62,663 bases of DNA from Bacillota bacterium (GTDB lineage: Bacteria > Bacillota > Clostridia > Acetivibrionales > DTU013), in NCBI GenBank assembly GCA_023409615.1, contig JAEYRF010000163.1, positions 1 to 62,663 of the forward strand. Direction: 5' to 3'. The number at the start of each line of letters is the position of its first letter. The first letter of the stretch is position 1. Shown piece after piece: positions 48,953 through 58,352 of the stretch. Made by a program: the position numbers and the translations under genes. The notes under the pieces are model-generated. The model was not told where the DNA came from and ran no database searches. It saw only the letters and a program-made list of their open reading frames with translations.

Positions 48953-50476
48953 TCAATTTTTGTTTCTATATTCCGTTGGACTTTTACCAACCTCCTGGGT
49001 GAATTTCACAACAAAATAACTGCTTTCTATAAAGCCTACCTGGTTTGCTATTTCGTAAATCAGTTTGTCAGTTTGGACCAGAAGCCTTTTTGCTTCATCA
49101 ATTCGGAGTTGATTTACATATTCATTAAAAGAAACTCCCACAGACTTCTGAAAAGCTCTACCTAAATAAGATGCATTGATGAAAAACTTTTTAGCTACTT
49201 TTTTTAAATTGATCTGCTCCGAATAATGCGAACGAACATAATCAACAATCTCTGCATAAACGCCGGTATTAGTCGTTCTGTAATTCTGCTCGAGATACTC
49301 AAATATTTCTATGACCATAGAACGCAGAAGTTCCCTCCACTCAGAAAATGTAACAAAGCAGAGACTTTCCATCCAGTTAGGACGTGGTATAATTGACTCG
49401 AGATGTCTGGATTTTGTAACTTTTGTCAACTCATCGGAAAACAGATAGTATATTCTAAAGCTAATTTCTTGAATGTACTGGATTCCAATACGCAATTTCT
49501 GGACTTCATCCATTAGCCCCTCAATAACTTGCAGTGCTTTCTTTTTATCAAGAGTTACAATACTCTGTGTCAGTTCTTCCAGGTACTTTGACTCAAGAAG
49601 CCGCTCTTCTACCGCCTTGTATTGTTCAGGATGATAATCCATGTATTTCCCTCCGGAGAAAAACAGCTCTGTAAGCATCTCATAATTATGGTTTAACAGG
49701 TCCTCCCGGAAGCTATCATTACTATTGCTGAACACATAAGAATCAAAAAGAATTGCACAATCCAGATGAAATTCTTCAAGGTTTTCTGCCAGTTTTCCCG
49801 CAAGTTTTATCATGTTGTACTCATAGAACTCAAGTATCTTAGGAGGTAATAGAAAATAGTATTGGCTGCCTTTTACCCGAAACGGCATATTTCCGGTTTC
49901 CCCCAGCAGCCTTGTAATACAATCCTGAACAACAGATTGAATATTAGGTATTCCTGCACTGCCTGTATACTTCTTAAGAACACATGACATAATGGAATAT
50001 CCTTTAAACGTATCTCTGCATATCGATGCGCCATTAAACAGCTTATGAAACAAATTCATGCTTTCACGGAAATCATGTTTGTCTTTCTCATCCCTATAAT
50101 TGTCCAGCTCCTCACGCAATGTATTAAGCAGAGGTATTAATTCCTCATCATCCACAGGCTTGTTTATATACGCCCTGACACCATACTTCATGGCTTCTTT
50201 TGCATACTCAAATTCATTGTAGCCGGATAGCATTACTACTTGCGTATTTGAATACTCACTACACCTCAGTAGCTTCAGAAACTTCAGTCCATCCATAACA
50301 GGCATACGCACATCAAGCAAAATCAGATCAGGACGTACTACCGGAAGCTTCTCCATTGCTTCCTTCCCATTGAGTGCAGTGCTTATAACGGCAAATCCAT
50401 GCTCTTCAAATGGAATCGCCTTTGTTAAATGCTCTCTGATACTTTTCTCATCATCCACCAACAGAATTGAGTACAT
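48953..50476 (-). CDS. Response regulator with AraC-type HTH output (YesN-like)
   Basis: Receiver ILLVDDEKS and LDVRMPVMDG. C-terminal HTH (IANQVGFIESSYFVVKFTQEVGKSPTEYR). RBS GGGAGGAG. It overlaps the kinase gene by 26 nt. Confidence 0.9.
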   Translation of the reverse strand: MYSILLVDDEKSIREHLTKAIPFEEHGFAVISTALNGKEAMEKLPVVRPDLILLDVRMPVMDGLKFLKLLRCSEYSNTQVVMLSGYNEFEYAKEAMKYGVRAYINKPVDDEELIPLLNTLREELDNYRDEKDKHDFRESMNLFHKLFNGASICRDTFKGYSIMSCVLKKYTGSAGIPNIQSVVQDCITRLLGETGNMPFRVKGSQYYFLLPPKILEFYEYNMIKLAGKLAENLEEFHLDCAILFDSYVFSNSNDSFREDLLNHNYEMLTELFFSGGKYMDYHPEQYKAVEERLLESKYLEELTQSIVTLDKKKALQVIEGLMDEVQKLRIGIQYIQEISFRIYYLFSDELTKVTKSRHLESIIPRPNWMESLCFVTFSEWRELLRSMVIEIFEYLEQNYRTTNTGVYAEIVDYVRSHYSEQINLKKVAKKFFINASYLGRAFQKSVGVSFNEYVNQLRIDEAKRLLVQTDKLIYEIANQVGFIESSYFVVKFTQEVGKSPTEYRNKN

Positions 50477-52268
50477 AGAACTCCTCCCTCGAATGACGTA
50501 CAGGAATTGTTATGCAAAATTCCGTTCCCTGTCCAAGTTCACTTTTTACATCAAAAGTGAACTCTTTCCCGTAATATAGTAATAGACGCTGATATACATT
50601 GTACAGTCCTACACTTTCAATTGGTTTACTACGATTACTTAGTATTTCTTTAAGGCTATTGAGTATATCATCACTTATTCCTGATCCATTATCACGGACA
50701 CTGATTACAATCCTGCCACCCTGAAGTACTACATTAATCTCAACGAGCCTGCTGCCTGAAATTGATTCAACGCCATGGACACAGGCGTTTTCTACCAATG
50801 GCTGGATTGCGAATTTGGGTAACATGCAATCCAGAGCTCTATCTTCAACCTTAACAATATACTCAAACTCATCATCAAACCTATATTTTTGAATACTTAA
50901 ATATTCTTCTAGAAATTTTATCTCCTTTTCTAGTGGAATAATGTCATCATTCCAGTTAATAACTCTCCTAAACATACGCGACATGTATAGTATCATTTTT
51001 GCAGTCTCTGTTTCATTCTTAACAATCGCCTTCAGTCTTATACTCTCCAGTGCGTTATACAAAAAGTGTGGATTTACTTGACTCTGGAGCGCCAATAACA
51101 TTGCCTGCGTCGTTTCCTGTTCAAGCTGCGCTTTCAAAATCCGGGAATTATACTCATCTTCAATTAGTGTCTTGAGTTTTATACTCATTTGATTCATACT
51201 ATCTGCCAGTATCTCGATTTCATCATTCCCGCCAATATCTTTATACGTCTGAATAAAATTGCCATTTGCAATTTGTTTAGATTGGTTAACCACGAGCTTT
51301 GTCCGTTTAGTAATATTGCCTGCTACAAACAGGATACAAAAAAGCGAAACCATCATGCTGACTACAATAATATATATTGTCTTCCATCTCATTTTCGAAA
51401 ACTCGTCAGAAATGATTTTCGAATTATAGTAGCCATAAAGTGATAATGGCAGGTCTTTAAGCGTCTTCTTAAGTACTACTATTCCCTCTTTAAGCTCATC
51501 CTCAGAGAACTTATCATACTCACCGAAATCGCTGTAAGTATTTCCGGAAGCAATGATTCTCTTCTCAGAGTCTACCAGTACAATATTATCAAACATGCCG
51601 CTTTCTTCCAACATGGATGAAATATACGATACATCAATATCAATTCTTACTAGCTTCCAGTAGTTAGAATGCTGAGTGTAATTTTCCAGAGGCCTGACTA
51701 TACTGAGAGACCTGTCGTATGAGGTCTTAATCACCAGCGGGACTAAAGAGACACGAAGCTGGGGACCGTTTTCTGACCCAGGCAGATCATATAATCTGAA
51801 GTCGATCGGATTCTCTCCAAGATTGATAGTATCGTCGGATGCAATTGTATTAACAATGGCTCCGTTAAGTACAGTCGGATTATCAGTATAAAGACTGATT
51901 TTCCTTACATGCCTATTATATACCAGATCAGATTCCAGCAATGCTTTAATTCTTTCCTGGTATTCAACCATATAACTATAGTCTATGGAATAGTATTTAT
52001 CGAGAAATCTATACAGTTCCTCGTCTGTATTATATTTGTGTGTTAAATTAACTGTACCGGATATTACCGCATTGATCTTATTAGTTTTTTCATCAAGTGC
52101 GCTCGCTAGACGCTGCATCATTTGGGACTGTATATTTTTCGCTGTATCAGTATAATAGAACGCATTTTGAATAAACAATGGTATAATGACACAACCAATG
52201 AAAATGAGAACCATCTTCTGTGAAATTGTTAGATAATTTAGTAAACTACCTTTTTTCACTCTTTTCAC
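50451..52268 (-). CDS. Sensor histidine kinase (YesM-like)
   Basis: Two TM segments around a ~270-aa extracellular domain. QVNPHFLYNALESI and VRDNGSGI are present. GTG start after GAGGGAG. Confidence 0.85.
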   Translation of the reverse strand: MKRVKKGSLLNYLTISQKMVLIFIGCVIIPLFIQNAFYYTDTAKNIQSQMMQRLASALDEKTNKINAVISGTVNLTHKYNTDEELYRFLDKYYSIDYSYMVEYQERIKALLESDLVYNRHVRKISLYTDNPTVLNGAIVNTIASDDTINLGENPIDFRLYDLPGSENGPQLRVSLVPLVIKTSYDRSLSIVRPLENYTQHSNYWKLVRIDIDVSYISSMLEESGMFDNIVLVDSEKRIIASGNTYSDFGEYDKFSEDELKEGIVVLKKTLKDLPLSLYGYYNSKIISDEFSKMRWKTIYIIVVSMMVSLFCILFVAGNITKRTKLVVNQSKQIANGNFIQTYKDIGGNDEIEILADSMNQMSIKLKTLIEDEYNSRILKAQLEQETTQAMLLALQSQVNPHFLYNALESIRLKAIVKNETETAKMILYMSRMFRRVINWNDDIIPLEKEIKFLEEYLSIQKYRFDDEFEYIVKVEDRALDCMLPKFAIQPLVENACVHGVESISGSRLVEINVVLQGGRIVISVRDNGSGISDDILNSLKEILSNRSKPIESVGLYNVYQRLLLYYGKEFTFDVKSELGQGTEFCITIPVRHSREEFYVLNSVGG

Positions 52269-52285
52269 AAAATGGAGCTCCCTCT

Positions 52286-54205
52286 TTAAATCTTATCCTT
52301 CCTGATTCTTGGATCAATGTTCAACACTACCCTCTCGCCGCTCAATCCTGCAAATGGACCTGCAGTTCTAAACTCGCCCGCCGGAACGCCAAAATAATCT
52401 GTGCAGCACTTCTCATCTATTTTCACTTCGGGCAGTGCTTTTTTGAACAATATCTCCATAGTCAGATTTTCGCTATTGATGTCGATATCAACATCACTGG
52501 TACATCCCGTCTCATCAAAGCCGCAGAATTCCTGCCATGCCATAAGATCAAGACACATTTCTGGTTCAGGATACATAACACGCAGGTAGCCGCCGGGCAT
52601 CTTTGCATATGCATTCCCTTCTACTGTATTATGCTCATTTGGCAGGATAATTGCAGCTTCTCCGCACTGGTAAAACAAATTATTAAAAAACTTATTCTCC
52701 CTTGAGGTTCCACCGCGCTTGAATTGCAGCCTGAATGCAACTACCTTTGCAAAGAAACCTGCTTTGTTGCATTTTCCAATCAGATTGTTCACCATTCTGA
52801 GTTTATCGGTACCCTCAAGATATATTCCATAGCCATTTATAATATCGGACTCTGTCGTTTTATACCAGCCGGATGATCCAGGTTCATTCGGTACTGCACT
52901 CTTGTCGTACCTGCCTTCGACATTCCAGATAATATTATTATCAATGAGGTTCTCCTCATCTCTGGTACATTCAATAAAGATGTGTTCCCTGGAATTGATT
53001 CCGTCGAGGAACAGATTAGACGTAATGCGGTTATTTTCATTACCGACATCCATCCACAGCGCATCGCAGCCATAGCATTCTTTTATGATATTACGGCGGA
53101 TAAGAGAATCAACACAATTATGAACCTTGATACCCCCAGCCTCCCAGGAAAGCTCCATCCTCTGCCATCCAGTGCCGGTAATCATGTTATCCTCAATAAG
53201 CATGTTTTTCACAAACATTCCTGCAATGCCGCATACACCAACATCTTTAATGGTGTTACGACGTATGATGGAGTTACCAATAGTTTGTCCCTCTATCATA
53301 GTATGATGCCAGCATTCGTTTCCACAGTCAATTCCTGTTGCATTAGACCAATCGATTGTACAGTCTTCGATAATCCAATGATGTCCGCGATAGCAGGAAA
53401 GGGATCCGCGCTGGGGCACCGGAGCTCCTGTCGCCGCATGTGCCATCGTCAGTCCCTTTACCTTAATGTAAGACAGGAAGGGAATCTTCGGTGCAAAGCA
53501 CTGCTCACGGTTACTCAGCTCTATTATGTGATTTACGGGATCATCGTCACCGGTCAGGCGGATATGTACCTTCTGCCCGTTTGCTTCGACCCAGTATGCA
53601 TTTTCATTTTCACTTAGAAGATAGTACAGCGGAACCTGCTTCATCGGTCTACCGTCTACAAAAACCATACCTCTTCTGTTTAGATAAGTTGTCATATCAG
53701 TTTTATCATATTCAATAAACAGGCGGTCATGAAGGATATTTACGGCACAAAAGGGATTATAGCCTTTGAAATCCTCCGGATCCAATTCGATCTCCCACAC
53801 CTTGACGCCTTTGGTTTTTGATATGTCTTCGTGAAATCCTCTGATCATTCTCCAACCGATACTTGGACGGAAGCTCTTTACCTCCACCGATGCCTTGATG
53901 ATAACTTCCTTATCATCGAAAGCTTCATAGCTGATCATTCTTTCCGAATTTTCACCACCCATAGCTGGCTGTACCGTTTCGCGGTATGTCCCAGCGTGAA
54001 TCAGAACTCTTGTACCGGGAGCTGCTATCTGAGCCGCAGCATTGATCGTCTTCAGTGGCTTCGATGCAGTACCGTCATTTTTGTCGGATGACCCAGGGTT
54101 TTGATTGTCCACATGGATCTCGCGGTCGTATTTCTGTGGGGTTTCCCAGAACTCGAACATTTTACCGTTCGGAAGCTTTGCGGTAAGATCAATTTTTTCT
54201 GACAT
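52286..54205 (-). CDS. Right-handed parallel beta-helix repeat protein (pectate-lyase-fold), cytoplasmic, activity unknown
   Basis: N-terminal SSDKNDGTASKPLKTINAAAQIAAPGTRVLIHAGTYRE is typical of DUF1565/beta-helix proteins. Repeated short N/G/I-rich turns occur in the middle (NSIIRRNTIKD, NMLIEDNMITG, DSLIRRNIIKE). The ATG at 54205 follows GAAAGGA. Confidence 0.65.
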   Translation of the reverse strand: MSEKIDLTAKLPNGKMFEFWETPQKYDREIHVDNQNPGSSDKNDGTASKPLKTINAAAQIAAPGTRVLIHAGTYRETVQPAMGGENSERMISYEAFDDKEVIIKASVEVKSFRPSIGWRMIRGFHEDISKTKGVKVWEIELDPEDFKGYNPFCAVNILHDRLFIEYDKTDMTTYLNRRGMVFVDGRPMKQVPLYYLLSENENAYWVEANGQKVHIRLTGDDDPVNHIIELSNREQCFAPKIPFLSYIKVKGLTMAHAATGAPVPQRGSLSCYRGHHWIIEDCTIDWSNATGIDCGNECWHHTMIEGQTIGNSIIRRNTIKDVGVCGIAGMFVKNMLIEDNMITGTGWQRMELSWEAGGIKVHNCVDSLIRRNIIKECYGCDALWMDVGNENNRITSNLFLDGINSREHIFIECTRDEENLIDNNIIWNVEGRYDKSAVPNEPGSSGWYKTTESDIINGYGIYLEGTDKLRMVNNLIGKCNKAGFFAKVVAFRLQFKRGGTSRENKFFNNLFYQCGEAAIILPNEHNTVEGNAYAKMPGGYLRVMYPEPEMCLDLMAWQEFCGFDETGCTSDVDIDINSENLTMEILFKKALPEVKIDEKCCTDYFGVPAGEFRTAGPFAGLSGERVVLNIDPRIRKDKI

Positions 54206-54271
54206 AATATTCATCCTTTCGATATGCGTACTACACTAATTTCGCTCACAAATAAATTCCGCCGGATGCGT

Positions 54272-54427
54272 AAAATAGCCTTACTTGATAAGGCTATTTT
54301 ATCATATAACTGAGAAAAGTAAAATGGGACCTGTCTGCTTACATAGCCTCTCACCAGCTATTGGTGCAGAGCCGATGTTACTCAGACAAGTCCCCTTGAG
54401 TTCTATTACCCGAAAGCGTACTTTCGG
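54272..54427 (-). promoter_or_regulatory. Structured intercistronic RNA region (three stem-loops; possible attenuator)
   Basis: Hairpin CCGAAAG/CTTTCGG (54410-54427). Long irregular hairpin GGGACCTGTCTG/CAGACAAGTCCC (54326-54394). Terminator-like AAAATAGCCTTA/TAAGGCTATTTT (54272-54300). Confidence 0.4.
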
Positions 54428-54451
54428 TCTACTGTCAGAACATAGACGACA

Positions 54452-56251
54452 TTATTTACCAGCCGCCTCATTCTTAACATCCAGCTCAATCTGCCATTTC
54501 TCAAGATCAAATTGGGCAAGCTCTTCATAGCCGTTACCAATCATCTTCTCTACCATCTCATCCCAGAGAGCATCGAATTTTGCATCGCTGCCGCAGAAGA
54601 TCATCTTCCAGGAGTACTCCTCAAGAACCTCTCCGCAGGAGTTACGATAAACAGCAACATCGTTCGTGTCACTTGGAAGTGATACGCTGACATTCGGGCT
54701 AACGAGCAGAACGTTGTTCTTCTTCATGTATTCTGCAGGTTCAGCTGCGCCGAATTTAGCAGCCCAATCTTTCTTCATCTGCGTCTGTATAGATGCCTTA
54801 TATGTGCTCCAATAATCTTTTGCATAGGGCTCACCGGTGTTTGGATTTGTGCTGATAGCATCAACAAGCCACTGATTGATTGCATTGTTGCCATCATTGA
54901 ATCCGCCGCCGCCGTACTCTGCAGGAACAGGAAGGTTATCCATCAGTGCACTTTCGTTCATAACAGTGAATTTGCCATCTGCACCAACTGAATAGTTAAA
55001 ACCTTCGATACCACAATGTGCATATGTCAAACCTTCAGGACTTGCATACCAGTCAAGAAATTCCATGATTCTGGCATACTTCTCATCATCAACACCGGAG
55101 CCTACGCCGAATACACGGCCGCTGCCATAGTATGTGTCAGAGTCTGCATAATATTTCTGATCCTTTACAGGAATGAATATAAATGCATTACCATTATCAA
55201 GTTTATCCTTTGTATTCCAGAAACCAACCTGCCAGCTGTACCAGAGCAAATGAACCTGTCCTGCTGTAATCTTTGGATATACTGCATTCCAGTCCTGATC
55301 CTTTGAGTCAGGATCTACAAGACCTCTTTGCTGAGCCTCGTACAGGAAGTGAAGCAATTTGTAATAGGTTCCAGCCTTATCAGTAAGCTTGTAAAATGTT
55401 CCATCGGGCTTTAACACAACAGAACCCTTGATTTTTTCTCCATACCAGGTGGTCAGCTGCACAACATTTGCAATACCTAACATATTGTCGCCGCCGTCCC
55501 AGTCAGGCCAAAGAGTCATTGCATATGCAGGATCTCCGGCTTCATTTTTAGGATGAATTTTCTGGATTTCTGCCAGTGCGTCCAAAAGTCCAGTCAGATC
55601 TGCAATTTCAGGAGCACCGATTGCATTGTACAGATCCCAACGAAGCAGTGGGCTTGAATAAATTACATCCTGTGAATAAGATGTCGGCGATGTATTCGTC
55701 ATCTGACATGGTAAACCAAAAATTTTACCTGCATCATTATCGGGAAGACCTTTGTTGAATACATTGATCTGATCGGTATAACCAGCCAGGTTAGACCATT
55801 TTGGAAGCTCGGCACTGATATCCTTAATCAGTCCATTCTGATAACAATCTTTGAAGTCTGTACCCTCAAGGATAACGATATCACCAAGATTTCCGGAGCT
55901 GATACGTGTCTGGTATAATGCGTCGCCGGCTACCTGAGGTGCAAGGATATTGAGTGCAAGATTGAACTTGTCCTTTATAACCTTGTCAAACCAACCACTT
56001 TGCAGTCCCTGATAGTTTGCTGCAACATCATAAATATCAATTGTCAGCTGCTTATCATGAGAAATTGCTGCAGTGCCTGCGCCTTCATCGCCACCTGCAG
56101 TGTCTGCCGGTGCATCAGCCGGTTTGTCAGCCGGTGCATCTGCTGTTGTAGCTTCTTTGACATCGCCTGCAGTATTCCCGCATCCTGCCAAAGCTGTTAC
56201 TGTAATGAACGATATTACCAGCAGTAATGATAGTAACTTTCTGAACCCCAT
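54452..56251 (-). CDS. LplA/LipO-type sugar-binding lipoprotein
   Basis: Lipobox LAGC|GN, an Ala/Asp/Pro linker (ADAPADKPADAPADTAGG) and a DUF3502-like C-terminus. The ATG at 56251 follows AAGGAGG. Confidence 0.85.
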   Translation of the reverse strand: MGFRKLLSLLLVISFITVTALAGCGNTAGDVKEATTADAPADKPADAPADTAGGDEGAGTAAISHDKQLTIDIYDVAANYQGLQSGWFDKVIKDKFNLALNILAPQVAGDALYQTRISSGNLGDIVILEGTDFKDCYQNGLIKDISAELPKWSNLAGYTDQINVFNKGLPDNDAGKIFGLPCQMTNTSPTSYSQDVIYSSPLLRWDLYNAIGAPEIADLTGLLDALAEIQKIHPKNEAGDPAYAMTLWPDWDGGDNMLGIANVVQLTTWYGEKIKGSVVLKPDGTFYKLTDKAGTYYKLLHFLYEAQQRGLVDPDSKDQDWNAVYPKITAGQVHLLWYSWQVGFWNTKDKLDNGNAFIFIPVKDQKYYADSDTYYGSGRVFGVGSGVDDEKYARIMEFLDWYASPEGLTYAHCGIEGFNYSVGADGKFTVMNESALMDNLPVPAEYGGGGFNDGNNAINQWLVDAISTNPNTGEPYAKDYWSTYKASIQTQMKKDWAAKFGAAEPAEYMKKNNVLLVSPNVSVSLPSDTNDVAVYRNSCGEVLEEYSWKMIFCGSDAKFDALWDEMVEKMIGNGYEELAQFDLEKWQIELDVKNEAAGK

Positions 56252-56318
56252 AATTAAACCTCCTTTTAGTAAGTAAATGTATCTATAATCAACAATCAAG
56301 GCAAGCCTTCATTGCTCA

Positions 56319-57248
56319 TTATCCTTTTACAGCTCCAATCATAATACCTTTTACGAAAAACCTCTGGAAGATTGGATATACCATGATAATCGGTGTTACA
56401 ACAAGTACAGTAACCGTCATACGGATCGAGGTCGCCGTCTGCGCCTTTGCAAGGCTTGCGGCAAGATTCGCCGTACTCGATGAGTTATTTATCAAGCCTT
56501 TAAGAGAGTTTGCCTGATTAATATACTGGTACAGAACAAACTGCAATGTATAAAGCTTGTTATTGGTTACCAGCAGCAGTGTATCCTGGAAAGAATTCCA
56601 CTGTGCTACTGCCGCAAAGATCGCGATTGTTGCAAGAATTGGCTTGATAACCGGAATCATAACCTTAAAAAAGACCGTCAAGGTGCCGGCTCCATCAATC
56701 TCTGCCGCCTCCTGCAATTCCTTTGGAGTAGACTCCACGAAGGTCTTGCACAATACAATATAGAATGGCTGTACTACAACCGGCCATATGTATCCCCAGA
56801 AGTTATTGGTAAGGCCCAGATTCAGCATGGTAATAAACCATGGAATAATACCTGCGTTAAAATACATTGTCACCACAACAAAACGGTACCAGAATTTCCT
56901 GCGCCACATTGTTTCTCGTGTAAACATGTATCCCAGGAAGGCTGCAAATAGAACAGTAAGAACCGTCCCTACCACTGTTCTTGCAACCGAAACCTGCAGT
57001 GCATTAAACAGGTCCGGAATATTCAATACATTTTTATAGTTGGAAAAATGTATCCTTAACGGCCAGAATAAAACCTTCCCTTTATCACTCAAATCATTTG
57101 CGCTGATTGAGTTTATAAAAATATAGTAAAATGGATAAGCACACACGAATGCAAATATTGAATACACAAAGTAGGTAATAGCGCTTATTAGTCTATCGCC
57201 TAAGCTGATATGCATTTTATGCTTTTTCACAATTGGATTTATCTTCAT
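56319..57248 (-). CDS. ABC sugar permease (LplC-like)
   Basis: EAA loop QEAAEIDGAGTLTVFFKVMIP. The ATG at 57248 follows AGGAGGG. Confidence 0.85.
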   Translation of the reverse strand: MKINPIVKKHKMHISLGDRLISAITYFVYSIFAFVCAYPFYYIFINSISANDLSDKGKVLFWPLRIHFSNYKNVLNIPDLFNALQVSVARTVVGTVLTVLFAAFLGYMFTRETMWRRKFWYRFVVVTMYFNAGIIPWFITMLNLGLTNNFWGYIWPVVVQPFYIVLCKTFVESTPKELQEAAEIDGAGTLTVFFKVMIPVIKPILATIAIFAAVAQWNSFQDTLLLVTNNKLYTLQFVLYQYINQANSLKGLINNSSSTANLAASLAKAQTATSIRMTVTVLVVTPIIMVYPIFQRFFVKGIMIGAVKG

Positions 57249-57400
57249 ATCATACCCTCCTGACCCAGGCATCGTTATAAATAACTTCCGCTAGTCATTT
57301 ACTTGGAACATACCGGACAATTTCTATATGAAATTGCCGGGGACTAACCGCTTCATTCCCATTTGATAGAAGCGGATGTAATTTTTTAGCCGAGCATTGT

Positions 57401-58321
57401 CTAAATAAAACCTTGTCCTCTTACCAGTTTTGAAATTCCATTGGAAGTAGCCAATAGTATAATGCTGACAACACTCTTAAACATACTGATTGCTACGGAC
57501 AGAGAATAGCCGCCGTTGCCCATAGCCAGATTGTATACATACAGGTCAAGAACCTGAATATAATCCTTGTTAAAAGCATTCTGAAAGACATAGAACTGCT
57601 CAAAACCATTAGACAGGAAGTTTGCCAGATTCAACATAATAATTACAAAATAGGTAGGCAACAGGCTCGGAATTGTAATATGCCATATGATCTTCATCCT
57701 GGAAGCACCGTCAACCTTCGCTGCTGTAATCATCTCTTCATCAATACCGGCAATGGCGGCAATATACATAATAGCTGCCCAGCCGGCATTCTTCCATGTC
57801 AGCCATAACCACATCTTGAACCATATGTGTTCAGAGGATGCCAGAAATATCTCCGGTTCCTCGAGCAATCCCAGATTCATCGCCACAACATTAACTGCAC
57901 CTGTGCTACTAAATACAGAGTATGCAATAGAATATACCAAGACCCAACTGATAAAGTTCGGTAGTGTAGTAACTGTCTGTACAAATTTCTTGAACTTTGG
58001 AAACTTAATTTCATTAAGAAATATTGCAAAAACCATTGGAAACCAAGAAAATCCTAGGCTTATCCCACTGATTGCAAATGTATTCCTCAATACTTCCAGA
58101 ACTTGAGTAATCCTGACCTTGTTCGATACCATGGTTGCAAACCATTTAAATCCGACAAACTTTTCCCATGTTATTGGAAATGGCGGTTTGTAATCAAAAA
58201 AAGCATAGAACCATCCATACAGCGGATAGTAGGAAAAAATAGCTACTATAGCCAGAAAAGGCACTATATATAGAAATTCCCGAAATGCTCTGGCCTTTTT
58301 CCTATCTCCAATCAACCTCAT
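57401..58321 (-). CDS. ABC sugar permease (LplB-like)
   Basis: EAA-like loop ITAAKVDGASRMKIIWHITIP. The ATG at 58321 follows AGGGGGG. Confidence 0.85.
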   Translation of the reverse strand: MRLIGDRKKARAFREFLYIVPFLAIVAIFSYYPLYGWFYAFFDYKPPFPITWEKFVGFKWFATMVSNKVRITQVLEVLRNTFAISGISLGFSWFPMVFAIFLNEIKFPKFKKFVQTVTTLPNFISWVLVYSIAYSVFSSTGAVNVVAMNLGLLEEPEIFLASSEHIWFKMWLWLTWKNAGWAAIMYIAAIAGIDEEMITAAKVDGASRMKIIWHITIPSLLPTYFVIIMLNLANFLSNGFEQFYVFQNAFNKDYIQVLDLYVYNLAMGNGGYSLSVAISMFKSVVSIILLATSNGISKLVRGQGFI

Positions 58322-58352
58322 CCACACAGCCCCCCTGTTTCATAAAAATAAA

